A stretch of 64,000 bases of DNA from Leptolinea sp. UBA4782. Lineage in GTDB: Bacteria > Chloroflexota > Anaerolineae > Anaerolineales > Anaerolineaceae. Location: positions 1,732-65,731 of the forward strand of contig DHHC01000021.1 in assembly GCA_002403095.1 (NCBI GenBank), given 5' to 3'. Made by a program: the position numbers and the translations under genes. Shown in pieces: positions 54,221-62,326 of the stretch. How positions within the stretch are numbered: position 1 is the stretch's first letter; every line of letters begins with the position of its first letter. The notes below the pieces were generated by a model that saw nothing but the letters and a program-made list of their open reading frames with translations, had not been told where the DNA came from and made no database searches.

Positions 54221-54544
54221 ATGTCCCCTCAAACAATTACACCTGAAAAAGAACGCCTGGTTGCCATGTTAAAGGCTTTGAGCAATCCTATACGATTTCA
54301 GATCATGGAGATGCTGGCTGAATGCCAGACTTGCATCACCAATGATATTGTCCTTCAGACACCCCTGGCCCAGGCAACTATCAGCCAGCATTTGAAGGTA
54401 CTGCGCGAAGCAGGCTTGATACAGGGAACCACATCAGGGCCTGCTACCTGTTATTGCATCAACGATGAGAGCATCCACTGGCTTAAAGAACAGATCGGGC
54501 AGTGGTTGCCGGATTGCTGCCATCAAGGAAAGGAACACCAATGA
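54221..54544 (+). CDS. arsR: ArsR/SmtB-family metalloregulator
   Basis: LKALSNPIRFQIMEMLAE...ISQHLKVLREAGL wHTH. Cys residues in ECQTC and a C-terminal DCC. Confidence 0.85.
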   Translation: MSPQTITPEKERLVAMLKALSNPIRFQIMEMLAECQTCITNDIVLQTPLAQATISQHLKVLREAGLIQGTTSGPATCYCINDESIHWLKEQIGQWLPDCCHQGKEHQ

Positions 54545-55893
54545 CCATCGAAAACAACATAAATGGTGAGGCTAATCCAATCAATACCACAGGTGCACAG
54601 GGGGAAAATTCTGCAGGATATGTGGAAGTTATTATCCAGAAAGCATACTTGCGCCCGGAGTATGCCGTATTGCTCTCTGGAGGAGTATCAGGCGAAATGC
54701 TCAGGCAGGCTGCATCCCAGGCTTACAAAGTTTACCTCGCGGCGGATGCCGCTAAAACCATAGACGAATTCAATGAAACAGGTATGACTGCAAGCGTGGA
54801 AATACTGCAGCCCGTTGAGGTGCAGGCGCAAATTCCGCCCGAAAGCATGGATGCAGTTATAGCCGTAATTGACCCGGAAAATGGAAACCAGCCGCTTCCT
54901 TTTATGAAAACTATGGCTGCGCTGCTTCGCCCTGCTGGCAGGCTGGTGCTGGTTGTCAAGGAACCGCGTTCAGGATCATGGGACTTGGATGGAAGTAGAC
55001 TAAAAGTCTTGATGCACAAGGCAGATCTGGTCAATGTCATCCTGCAGAGTGAACCGGATAAATTAGCAGCACATGATACCTCAATCCAAGAGTGCTTTTT
55101 CCTGGCAGGAAGTAAGAATGTTGCGGGTGCACGGAGCAACGTGAGAAAACGCTATCAAAGCCTGGCTGAGGAAAGCTCTTGCTGTGGTGAGACTGAACCA
55201 TCCTGTTGTTGCTCTTCTTCCTGCTGCTGCGGCACGGAAGAGGTGGATTCCACTGTAACCTTCAATACCGGTTATTCCATCGAGGACATCCAACCTTTGC
55301 CGGAAGAATCTGCCAGCCTGACCCTGGGCTGCGGCAATCCGATCGCCCGAGCAAACTTGCAGCCGGGAGAACAAGTCCTGGATATCGGAAGCGGGGCAGG
55401 CATTGATGTGCTGCTAGCGGCTCGGATCGTAGGGGAGAAAGGAAAGGCGGTGGGGGTGGATATGACCCCAGCGATGCTGGAAAGAGCGCGCCTGGCTGCC
55501 AGCAAAGGGAAGTTCTCCAATGTCGAATTCAAGATGGGTCATGCTGAGGCTTTGCCGTTGGAGGACAATACCTTTGATGCAGTTATTTCCAATTGTGTCA
55601 TCAACCTGTGTGAAGACAAGGGCAAGGTGTTTGAGGAGATTTACCGGGTTCTCCATTCCGGCGGGCGCATGGTGATCAGCGATATCGTCACCGATGGAGA
55701 TCTACCGCTGGAAGCCCGGCTGGAAGCTGCCGGCTGGGCAGCCTGTATTTCTGGCGCCCTGCCTCATACCGAATACCTGGGCCTGTTGAAACAGGCTGGT
55801 TTTTCCATTGAAGGTGTCCAGCAAGGCATCAGCGGCGGAACCCTGGGCGATACCCGGGTTTACAGCCTCGAGATCACCGCCTGGAAACCTTGA
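54541..55893 (+). CDS. arsM: Arsenite S-adenosylmethionine methyltransferase-like protein with extra N-terminal domain
   Basis: ATG 54541 overlaps the arsR stop (ATGA). The C-terminal half has LGCGNP, VLDIGSGAGIDV and ISNCVINL, which are ArsM hallmarks. Cys-rich linker SCCGETEPSCCCSSSCCCG. The ~190-aa N-terminal domain is unrecognised. Confidence 0.75.
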   Translation: MTIENNINGEANPINTTGAQGENSAGYVEVIIQKAYLRPEYAVLLSGGVSGEMLRQAASQAYKVYLAADAAKTIDEFNETGMTASVEILQPVEVQAQIPPESMDAVIAVIDPENGNQPLPFMKTMAALLRPAGRLVLVVKEPRSGSWDLDGSRLKVLMHKADLVNVILQSEPDKLAAHDTSIQECFFLAGSKNVAGARSNVRKRYQSLAEESSCCGETEPSCCCSSSCCCGTEEVDSTVTFNTGYSIEDIQPLPEESASLTLGCGNPIARANLQPGEQVLDIGSGAGIDVLLAARIVGEKGKAVGVDMTPAMLERARLAASKGKFSNVEFKMGHAEALPLEDNTFDAVISNCVINLCEDKGKVFEEIYRVLHSGGRMVISDIVTDGDLPLEARLEAAGWAACISGALPHTEYLGLLKQAGFSIEGVQQGISGGTLGDTRVYSLEITAWKP

Positions 55894-55968
55894 CAACCAT
55901 ACCCGAACCCGTCATTTGGAAACCGCCTTTTATGCGTATAATAGTAATATATGCAAGAAAAGGATATT

Positions 55969-56742
55969 ATGACTACTTTAAATAACATTCCCGGCGGACG
56001 CCGGATTGCCGTCCTGATCGACGGTGATAACGCCCAACCCTCCCTCCTGGAAAAAATGCTGGCTGAAACCAGCAAGTACGGTCTCGTGACCATCCGGCGC
56101 ATTTACGGTGATTGGACGACCTCTAGTATGGGCGGCTGGAAAGATGTGCTGCACACCTTCGCCATCCAGCCCATCCAGCAGTTCCGCTTTACAATCGGCA
56201 AGAACGCCACCGACAGCGCTATGATCATCGATGCCATGGATATTTTGTACACCGGCGGGGTGGATGGTTTTTGCCTGGTCTCCAGCGACAGCGATTACAC
56301 CCGCCTGGCTACCCGCATACGCGAAAAGGGGTTCTTCGTAATGGGCATCGGCAAGAAGACCACCCCGCGTGCCTTCGTGAACGCCTGCGACCTGTTCGTA
56401 TACACCGAGAACCTGGTGCCCCGCAAGGAACCGAAAGAACAAAAACCGCATACCCAGAAGAAGAAACCGGGCGCCGAACCGGTTGAACAACCTGAGCCTG
56501 TCACCCCCGATCCGCTGCCCCTGCTGCGCGATGCTTTCGACATTGCAGCCCAGGAGGACGGCTGGGCATTTCTGGGAACCCTGGGGCATCACATGCGCCA
56601 GCTGGATCCCGGCTTTGACCCCCGCACTTACGGGTTCAAGCAGCTCTCCCAGCTGATCCGCGGCTACCCCAAAGTGTTCGACGTGAAAGAGAACCGCGGC
56701 GAAGACGGCACACTGGTGATCTACGTCCACCTGAAAGAGTAA
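55969..56742 (+). CDS. NYN-domain (PIN-like nuclease fold) plus OST-HTH/LOTUS domain protein
   Basis: RIAVLIDGDNAQ...IRRIYGDW...LVSSDSDYT (NYN), and a C-terminal GWAFLGTLGHHMRQLDPGFDPRTYGFKQLSQL (OST-HTH). ATG 55969 has AAGGA upstream; an alternative ATG lies at 55951. Confidence 0.75.
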   Translation: MTTLNNIPGGRRIAVLIDGDNAQPSLLEKMLAETSKYGLVTIRRIYGDWTTSSMGGWKDVLHTFAIQPIQQFRFTIGKNATDSAMIIDAMDILYTGGVDGFCLVSSDSDYTRLATRIREKGFFVMGIGKKTTPRAFVNACDLFVYTENLVPRKEPKEQKPHTQKKKPGAEPVEQPEPVTPDPLPLLRDAFDIAAQEDGWAFLGTLGHHMRQLDPGFDPRTYGFKQLSQLIRGYPKVFDVKENRGEDGTLVIYVHLKE

Positions 56743-56787
56743 AAGACCGCACCTAAACTGGGTGCCAAATTTCAAGCAAATAATAAA

Positions 56788-56815
56788 CTTCCCGGGAATT
56801 CACACCCGGGAAGTC
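56788..56815. terminator. Hairpin between convergent genes (terminator, clearest for the minus-strand gene)
   Basis: Perfect 10-bp stem ACTTCCCGGG / CCCGGGAAGT with an 8-nt loop. The minus strand continues TTTATTATTT. Confidence 0.65.
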
Positions 56816-56848
56816 CTATGTACTCCTAAGAAGTGGTACTGTAAGCGT

Positions 56849-57424
56849 TCAATTGTGCCGGTGTTCCATTTCCCATTCAATTACAACCGGGGTGGCATTC
56901 TGGGGAACCAGGTCATAAGCATCCGCCAGGTTGGTTCCCCTGGCTTTACTCAGCAGGGTGGCAAGCGACATGCCATGCGAGACCACCAGCACACGCTCCC
57001 CCGGGTGGGACAGGGCAATTTCGTTGGCAGCCTGAACCATCCTCCTGGCCAGGTCGCCGTAGGTCTCTGCCCCTTCCGGTGCAAAGTGAACCGGGTCTGA
57101 CTTGCGCTTTGCGAACATTTCAGGGTACCTATCCTGCACCTGTTGCCAGGTCAGGCCTTCCCACAACCCCAGGCTGATCTCCTTCAAGCGGTCGTCTGTA
57201 CGGATGGGCAATCCGAGCAGCTGCGCAATGGTAGATGCAGTCTGGTGAGCCCTTCTGGCAGGGCTGGAGTAAATCGCATCAAAATGGGTATCTTTCAGCT
57301 TTTGGGCAAGAGCATGTGCCTGTTCAATCCCGGTGGCATTCAAGGGCTTATCGATCGAGCCCTGTATCCTGAATTCAGTATTCCAATCGGTCTGCCCGTG
57401 CCGAACGAGCCAGAGTTCTGTCAT
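56849..57424 (-). CDS. Histidine phosphatase family protein
   Basis: ATG 57424 (MTELWLVRHGQTDWN) lies behind GAGGTG. Confidence 0.85.
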   Translation of the reverse strand: MTELWLVRHGQTDWNTEFRIQGSIDKPLNATGIEQAHALAQKLKDTHFDAIYSSPARRAHQTASTIAQLLGLPIRTDDRLKEISLGLWEGLTWQQVQDRYPEMFAKRKSDPVHFAPEGAETYGDLARRMVQAANEIALSHPGERVLVVSHGMSLATLLSKARGTNLADAYDLVPQNATPVVIEWEMEHRHN

Positions 57425-57487
57425 GTTCACCTCGAAAAAAGCTGAGGTATTGTACCAGACTCAACAGGCAATACTAATAATCTGCAG

Positions 57488-58948
57488 TTACGGTATCCAC
57501 ACAGGATCAGACTCATCTGCCAGGGAATTCATCACCCTCAACTGGTCAGCCCCGGTTGCAGTCATGCGGTACAACTGGAAGACCCCGGTCTGATCCCGGT
57601 CGGAGATAAAAAGCAGGGCAGAGCCGTCCACCGACCAGGCCGGCTGCATGTCAGCAGCCAGGTTGCTGGTCAGGGTTGTGACCTCGCCCGTATCCAGGGT
57701 GTACAGGCAGATTTCCCAGTCCCCGCCAGCCAGGCGGGAGAAAGCCAGCATGCTGCCGTCAGGCGAAAGGGAAGGGTCAGCTTCATCTTCGGGGCTGGTG
57801 AAAACCGCTTCAACCAGGGCTTCATCACCAGGTTGAAAGGTCTCTCCGATCCGGATGATCATGGGGTCTTCATTGCGGATAAAGACGATTCCTTCTGCTC
57901 CCCAATCCGGCTGGCTGTCCATATCTGCTCCGCTGGTCAATTGCAGCGGAAGAGCCCCTGCAGTCTCCATATCGAGCAGGTACAGATCGGCATTACCGTC
58001 CATCTCGTTGCTGAACACCATCCACTTCCCTCCTGGAGAGAGGGAGGGGCTGCGGTTGGAACCTTCAGGCAGGCTGGTTACCAAAACCGGGGCTGCAGCA
58101 GTGTCTCTCAAATTCAATTTACAGATACCGGTTAGTGCCGGCGACCCGCACATCCCTTCAAACAGCAGGCTGGAACCATCAGGAAATACTTCTGCACTCA
58201 GGCTAGGTATATCTGGATATGAATACAGTTGTGTCTGGCTGCTCACCGTACTGCCGTATAAACCGGCTTTCCACAACGAACTGACATACCCTGATTGAGA
58301 TGGAGCAGAAAAAACGATCCATTCCGGTGTCTCGGTTGCAGTGGGAGAGGCGGTGGGCGATGGAAGCGTAGCTGTTCTGGTTGGGCTGGGCGATACGGTG
58401 GGAGTTAAGGTAATGGTAGGTGTCAGTGTAACCGTTGCGGTCATAGTGGTGGTTGCTGTGACTGTGGCGGTATTCGCAGGCTGTGTTTTGGTTTTGGTGG
58501 GGGTTCGTGAACGGTAATAAATGGAGGTCCTGGTCCAGGGTTTGGCGGCAGTTGGGAACTTGATCCCCGTAACAACCACCGTCTTGCCTGGCGTTTTCGC
58601 AGTTGTAGACCGGGTCGGCTGGATACTGCTGGTTTTCCTGGGAGGTTGGGTCATTGACGGGAGAAAGGTACCCATTGCAGCAGCACGGGTTATGGTTTGC
58701 GCCTGCATGGTGCTGGTTACAGAAGGCAGGGGTGTGCCTTCCTGCCAGACCAGAGTGGGCGTTATGGTATTGAATAAAACCGTGCTCACCTGTGGGGTAT
58801 TTTCGAGAGGCTGGGTAAGTGAACAAGCCAGCATAAAAAGAATGAAAACAGGCAGGATGATCAGCACCCGCCAGGGTGAGTTCCTTGCCTGTATCGATGA
58901 ACCAGTTGTTTCTCTCTTCATTCTTAAGTCCATTATAACGATTTCCAA
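57488..58948 (-). CDS. Membrane-anchored Thr/Pro-rich protein with PD40 (TolB-like beta-propeller) repeats
   Basis: TM segment VLIILPVFILFMLAC and a T/P-rich linker. Repeats SPGGKWMVFSNEMDGNADLY, SPDGSMLAFSR and SVDGSALLFISDRD. The start is uncertain (TTG 58948, ATG 58933 or 58921). Confidence 0.7.
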   Translation of the reverse strand: MEIVIMDLRMKRETTGSSIQARNSPWRVLIILPVFILFMLACSLTQPLENTPQVSTVLFNTITPTLVWQEGTPLPSVTSTMQAQTITRAAAMGTFLPSMTQPPRKTSSIQPTRSTTAKTPGKTVVVTGIKFPTAAKPWTRTSIYYRSRTPTKTKTQPANTATVTATTTMTATVTLTPTITLTPTVSPSPTRTATLPSPTASPTATETPEWIVFSAPSQSGYVSSLWKAGLYGSTVSSQTQLYSYPDIPSLSAEVFPDGSSLLFEGMCGSPALTGICKLNLRDTAAAPVLVTSLPEGSNRSPSLSPGGKWMVFSNEMDGNADLYLLDMETAGALPLQLTSGADMDSQPDWGAEGIVFIRNEDPMIIRIGETFQPGDEALVEAVFTSPEDEADPSLSPDGSMLAFSRLAGGDWEICLYTLDTGEVTTLTSNLAADMQPAWSVDGSALLFISDRDQTGVFQLYRMTATGADQLRVMNSLADESDPVWIP

Positions 58949-59001
58949 AAAAACGGTCTGCGGTAAAAAATGCCCCTTCCAGAATTACCGAAACCTGCAC
59001 A

Positions 59002-59010
59002 TGGTATAAT
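59002..59010 (+). promoter_or_regulatory. Extended -10 element TGGTATAAT placed for a leaderless dsbA-like mRNA
   Basis: TGGTATAAT at 59002..59010, then CTCGCC, then ATG at 59017. The A of the ATG lies 7 nt after the -10. No SD sequence. Confidence 0.5.
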
Positions 59011-59016
59011 CTCGCC

Positions 59017-59727
59017 ATGCAGCCTACTTTCCCCCAAATAGACGATTCAACGCAAACAAAAACTGAAATAAAGAACAGGAACGGGACCTGGTTGTATTAC
59101 TTGCTGGTGGGGCTGGCGCTTGCTGCCGGGCTGGCACTGGGATATTTGTTCTGGGGCAGGCAATCTTTTATCCTGCAAAATACATCCAGCCAGGACCAGG
59201 TCTGGCAGGCTTTGCTGAAGGATGCCCCTGCGCTGGGTCCTGATGATGCACCGGTAACGATCGTGGAGTTCAGCGATTTCCAATGCCCGTTTTGCGCCCG
59301 CTGGCACCAGGAAGTATGGCCGCAGATCAGCGAAACCTACCAGGGCAAGGTTCGCCTGGTATACCGTGATTTTCCCCTGGTGCAAGCCCACCCTTACGCA
59401 CAAGATGCTGCTATTGCTGCCCGCTGTGCCGGACAGCAGGATCACTACTGGGAATATCATGGTCTCCTGTTTGCCGGAGAAATGGAATTAAGCGATTTGG
59501 CATTCGATGCTTTTGCAGCCCGCCTTGAGCTGGACCAAACTTTATTTGATAAATGCCTTGCAAATCCTGAAGTCTTAAGCCAGGTTCAGGCCGACCTCAG
59601 CCTGGGCGAGATGGTTGGTATCGATGGAACACCGACCTTCTTTATAAACGGGTACCGCATCAAAGGCGCCCAGCCGTTTGAAGAATTCCAGAAAGTAATC
59701 GATTCCATCCTGGTCGGGTTGGAATAA
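59017..59727 (+). CDS. DsbA-family thiol:disulfide oxidoreductase (membrane-anchored)
   Basis: TM segment LYYLLVGLALAAGLALGYLF and the thioredoxin active site FQCPFCARW. Confidence 0.85.
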   Translation: MQPTFPQIDDSTQTKTEIKNRNGTWLYYLLVGLALAAGLALGYLFWGRQSFILQNTSSQDQVWQALLKDAPALGPDDAPVTIVEFSDFQCPFCARWHQEVWPQISETYQGKVRLVYRDFPLVQAHPYAQDAAIAARCAGQQDHYWEYHGLLFAGEMELSDLAFDAFAARLELDQTLFDKCLANPEVLSQVQADLSLGEMVGIDGTPTFFINGYRIKGAQPFEEFQKVIDSILVGLE

Positions 59728-59740
59728 CCGGGGGCAGGTT

Positions 59741-60403
59741 ATGACAAAGAAATTCATCGTGGTAGCAGGCAACATAGGGGTAGGAAAATCCACCCTGGTA
59801 GACCTGTTGTGCAGCCGGCTGGGGTTTCAGCCTTTTTATGAACCGGTCACAGAAAACCCCTATTTAGCAGATTTTTACCGCCAGATGGAATCCTGGAGTT
59901 TCCATTCACAGGTATTCTTCCTGGCACACCGGCTGCAGCTGCACCAGGATGTGCTGCGATTCCCATCATCCTCCATCCAGGACCGTTCCATTTATGAAGA
60001 TGCCGAGGTGTTTGCCCGCAACCTCTTCCTGCAGGGTCACATGAGCCAGCGCGATTTTGAAACATACAGCACACTGTACCATTCCGTCACCGGCATGCTG
60101 CCCCCGCCCGATCTTGTCATTTACCTCAAAGCGAATGAAGACACTTTACTTAAAAGGATATCCATGCGTGGCAGGGAGTATGAGCGTAAGATCAGCCGTG
60201 AATACTTATCCCAGCTGAACGGTCTTTACACCCAATGGATCGATGACTTTACCCTGTGCCCGGTGCTGACCGTACCTGCAGATAACCTGGATTATGTTGC
60301 CCAGGCACGCCACCTGGAACTGGTTGCTCAAAAAGTGGAACAAAAGCTGACAGGAAAAGACGAAGTCGTGTTTTCGGATCTGGAAGTCAACGGTTTCAAA
60401 TAG
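59741..60403 (+). CDS. Deoxynucleoside kinase (dCK/dGK family)
   Basis: VVAGNIGVGKSTL P-loop, FYEP...NPYL..FY, DRSIYED and RGREYE (lid). Confidence 0.85.
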   Translation: MTKKFIVVAGNIGVGKSTLVDLLCSRLGFQPFYEPVTENPYLADFYRQMESWSFHSQVFFLAHRLQLHQDVLRFPSSSIQDRSIYEDAEVFARNLFLQGHMSQRDFETYSTLYHSVTGMLPPPDLVIYLKANEDTLLKRISMRGREYERKISREYLSQLNGLYTQWIDDFTLCPVLTVPADNLDYVAQARHLELVAQKVEQKLTGKDEVVFSDLEVNGFK

Positions 60404-60410
60404 AGAAAAA

Positions 60411-60439
60411 GATACACCTGTCAGTAAAACAGGTGTATC
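60411..60439. terminator. Bidirectional intrinsic terminator between convergent genes
   Basis: Perfect 11-bp stem GATACACCTGT / ACAGGTGTATC with a 7-nt loop. T-rich on both outer flanks (plus: GGAATTTTCTT; minus: TTTTTCTCTA). Confidence 0.75.
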
Positions 60440-60456
60440 GGAATTTTCTTAATCAA

Positions 60457-60717
60457 CTAGCGGGGTTCAACGACCAGTTTTATTGCGGTTCTTACTTTTC
60501 CTTCTATATCAACATCCACAAATTCAGGCACGCAGACTATATTGATGCCATCTTCTGCCAGGTAACCGGTGGCCAATACGAGCGCTTTGATTGCCTGGTT
60601 CACTGCGCCAGCTCCGATTGCCTGAACATCAGCCCTTTTATGTTCACGGACTACACCGGCGATTGCTCCTGCCACAGCTGCGGTACGGGAGTTAGCTTTG
60701 ACTTTTATGATGTCCAT
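60457..60717 (-). CDS. spoVS: Stage V sporulation protein S family
   Basis: The track ORF extends to 60873. ATG 60717 behind GGGAGG gives the 86-aa MDIIKVKANSRTAAVAGAIAGVVREHKRADVQAIGAGAVNQAIKA..., collinear with SpoVS. Confidence 0.85.
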   Translation of the reverse strand: MDIIKVKANSRTAAVAGAIAGVVREHKRADVQAIGAGAVNQAIKALVLATGYLAEDGINIVCVPEFVDVDIEGKVRTAIKLVVEPR

Positions 60718-60806
60718 TGTATGCCTCCCAGCAAAGTATTCAATTGAGATCCAACACTGTTTGATGATGGAATGATGGTGTGTTTTTCTCGCCTGGATGC
60801 ATAATG

Positions 60807-60835
60807 ATTGTACAAAAATCAACAGCACTTTACAA
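60807..60835 (-). promoter_or_regulatory. Possible spoVS promoter TTGTAA-17-TACAAT
   Basis: Minus strand: TTGTAA (60835..60830), a 17-nt spacer, then TACAAT (60812..60807). Confidence 0.3.
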
Positions 60836-60883
60836 GAACCATTAATTAATGGAATTTTAAGTAATCTTGACAACTGTTACCAC

Positions 60884-61270
60884 TGTCCACATATTAATAA
60901 ACATGGATGTTAATTAAATAGTAGTAGCAGTAGGGGGTGTGTATATGTGGATGTTCCTTGGAGAACTGAGAAATTCCCGTATATATGGTGAACAGAAAGT
61001 ATCAGCTTCCATATATGGTGGATTAATTCTATTTAATTTCCACAGGGTAACAGGGACAAACAGGGGAGGAAAAAGGATAACTTCAGTCACTTTCCACAGG
61101 GTTATCCACATCCCCTATATAAAGATTTATTTACCTTTTCTTCCCTTTATCCAGGAGGTTTTCTGCGAAGTTTTCATAACTTTTATAATAGTTTTGAATC
61201 TTTTTCCACAAAAAAGGAGAGTTATCCACAGATATAAACAGGTTATCCACAGCCTGAGGTGGACGGATAA
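60884..61270. other. Candidate chromosomal replication origin (oriC): DnaA-box cluster with AT-rich flank
   Basis: Perfect TTATCCACA at 61102..61110, 61222..61230 and 61243..61251. Variants: TGTCCACA 60884, ACATCCACA (reverse) 60946..60954, ATTTCCACA 61036, CTTTCCACA 61090, TTATCCAGG 61147, TTTTCCACA 61202, TTATCCGTC (reverse) 61262..61270. AT-rich tract at 60841..60930. Non-coding 568-nt gap. Confidence 0.65.
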
Positions 61271-61285
61271 AAGATATTATTTTTC

Positions 61286-62299
61286 CTACTCTTCAGACAG
61301 GCTGTTCTTGCGTTTGAAAGAATCAAAATAGGCTTCGATCTCTTCCAGGAACCGGTCCAAACCAGCTATGCGCTGGCTGTAATATTCAGGGCTTAGTTCC
61401 AGCAGGGAACACATGCCATTAAAAGTATCCAGGAGAGGGGAATCTTTGGGAAGGAAGGTTACAGCGTCCGTCCAGGTTTTCACCATCAGCCATATGGCTC
61501 CCGCCGGGGATTTCTCCCAGGTGGAACAGGAAGCGTTGAAAAGGTAAGGATGGCGGATGGAAGAAAGTTCGACCGGGCAATTCTCCTGCGAGGATACCTG
61601 GGAGAGGCAGGCTTTCCATTCTGGCTGCCAGGCCAGCCAGGCTTCATCAGTCACCGCCGGGGAGGTCACCAATTCGGCCAATGAGCCCGCCAGGTTGGGA
61701 AGTCCTGCTCCCTGTGCCCGCATGGCAAACTGGGCGAACATGCGCCGTTCAGCCAGGGGAAGGCCAACCAGGCATGCCAGGGCGTTGGCTGCGTCTTCAA
61801 TGCTGCGCAGGTAAGCCCTGAGGGTAAAAACACCCGGCTTGTGGGTGCCCGAAAAACATTCCATCCAGCACTGCCGGGCGCTGTCGATCAAAGGCTGGGC
61901 GCGCTGCAAGGCATACTCGGGGCGGAAGAACTGGGAACACACACTGGCCTGCGTAAACTCAAACCAGTGTCCATTGTCATGCAGCACGAGCGGGTTCTCG
62001 CATAAAAACGAACCGATCCAGACATCACTGCGCAGCTGGCGCGGCTGGTCAAAGCGGGTGATATCATAATGGCGGATATCCAGGTGTACATCCGGGGTTA
62101 GGGGGATCAGTTCGCGCTCCACTGCAGGCTGAAGGTTGTGAATACAGACGAGGTCGATATCTGTACAACCACCCAGAAGGAAATCCTCTGTACAGACAGA
62201 GCCAGTCAGGTAAATGCACAGCGGGCGGGGTTTCTTTTGAAGCCTCTCCGCAACGTGGGTTTTGGCAAACCGGATCAATAAGTCTTTGGTCAGTTTCAT
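61286..62299 (-). CDS. Hypothetical protein with nucleotidyltransferase-fold-like N-terminus
   Basis: 337 aa. IYLTGSVCTEDFLLGGCTDIDLVCI resembles the GS...DxD motif of pol-beta-type nucleotidyltransferases. The rest is unrecognised. Confidence 0.45.
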   Translation of the reverse strand: MKLTKDLLIRFAKTHVAERLQKKPRPLCIYLTGSVCTEDFLLGGCTDIDLVCIHNLQPAVERELIPLTPDVHLDIRHYDITRFDQPRQLRSDVWIGSFLCENPLVLHDNGHWFEFTQASVCSQFFRPEYALQRAQPLIDSARQCWMECFSGTHKPGVFTLRAYLRSIEDAANALACLVGLPLAERRMFAQFAMRAQGAGLPNLAGSLAELVTSPAVTDEAWLAWQPEWKACLSQVSSQENCPVELSSIRHPYLFNASCSTWEKSPAGAIWLMVKTWTDAVTFLPKDSPLLDTFNGMCSLLELSPEYYSQRIAGLDRFLEEIEAYFDSFKRKNSLSEE

Positions 62300-62326
62300 A
62301 CAGAATTCCCCACTACATCTAATCGC

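Noticed and set aside
55978-56775. 265-aa minus-strand ORF mirroring the NYN/LOTUS gene
   Set aside because: The plus-strand frame has clear NYN and OST-HTH motifs and an RBS. The antisense translation is a Gly/Val/Ala/Gln-rich shadow with no motifs.
58203-59018. 271-aa minus-strand ORF overlapping the PD40-repeat gene
   Set aside because: It is an alternative frame of the same strand over the T/P-rich region, with His/Asn/Tyr-rich nonsense composition. The PD40 frame carries the recognisable repeats.
60914-61331. ORFs 60939..61331 (+, 130 aa) and 60914..61111 (-, 65 aa) in the spoVS-downstream gap
   Set aside because: The region is AT-rich, packed with DnaA-box repeats and lacks an SD sequence. 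The translations are repeat-driven (..VIHR..VIHS..). It is interpreted as origin DNA, not coding sequence.
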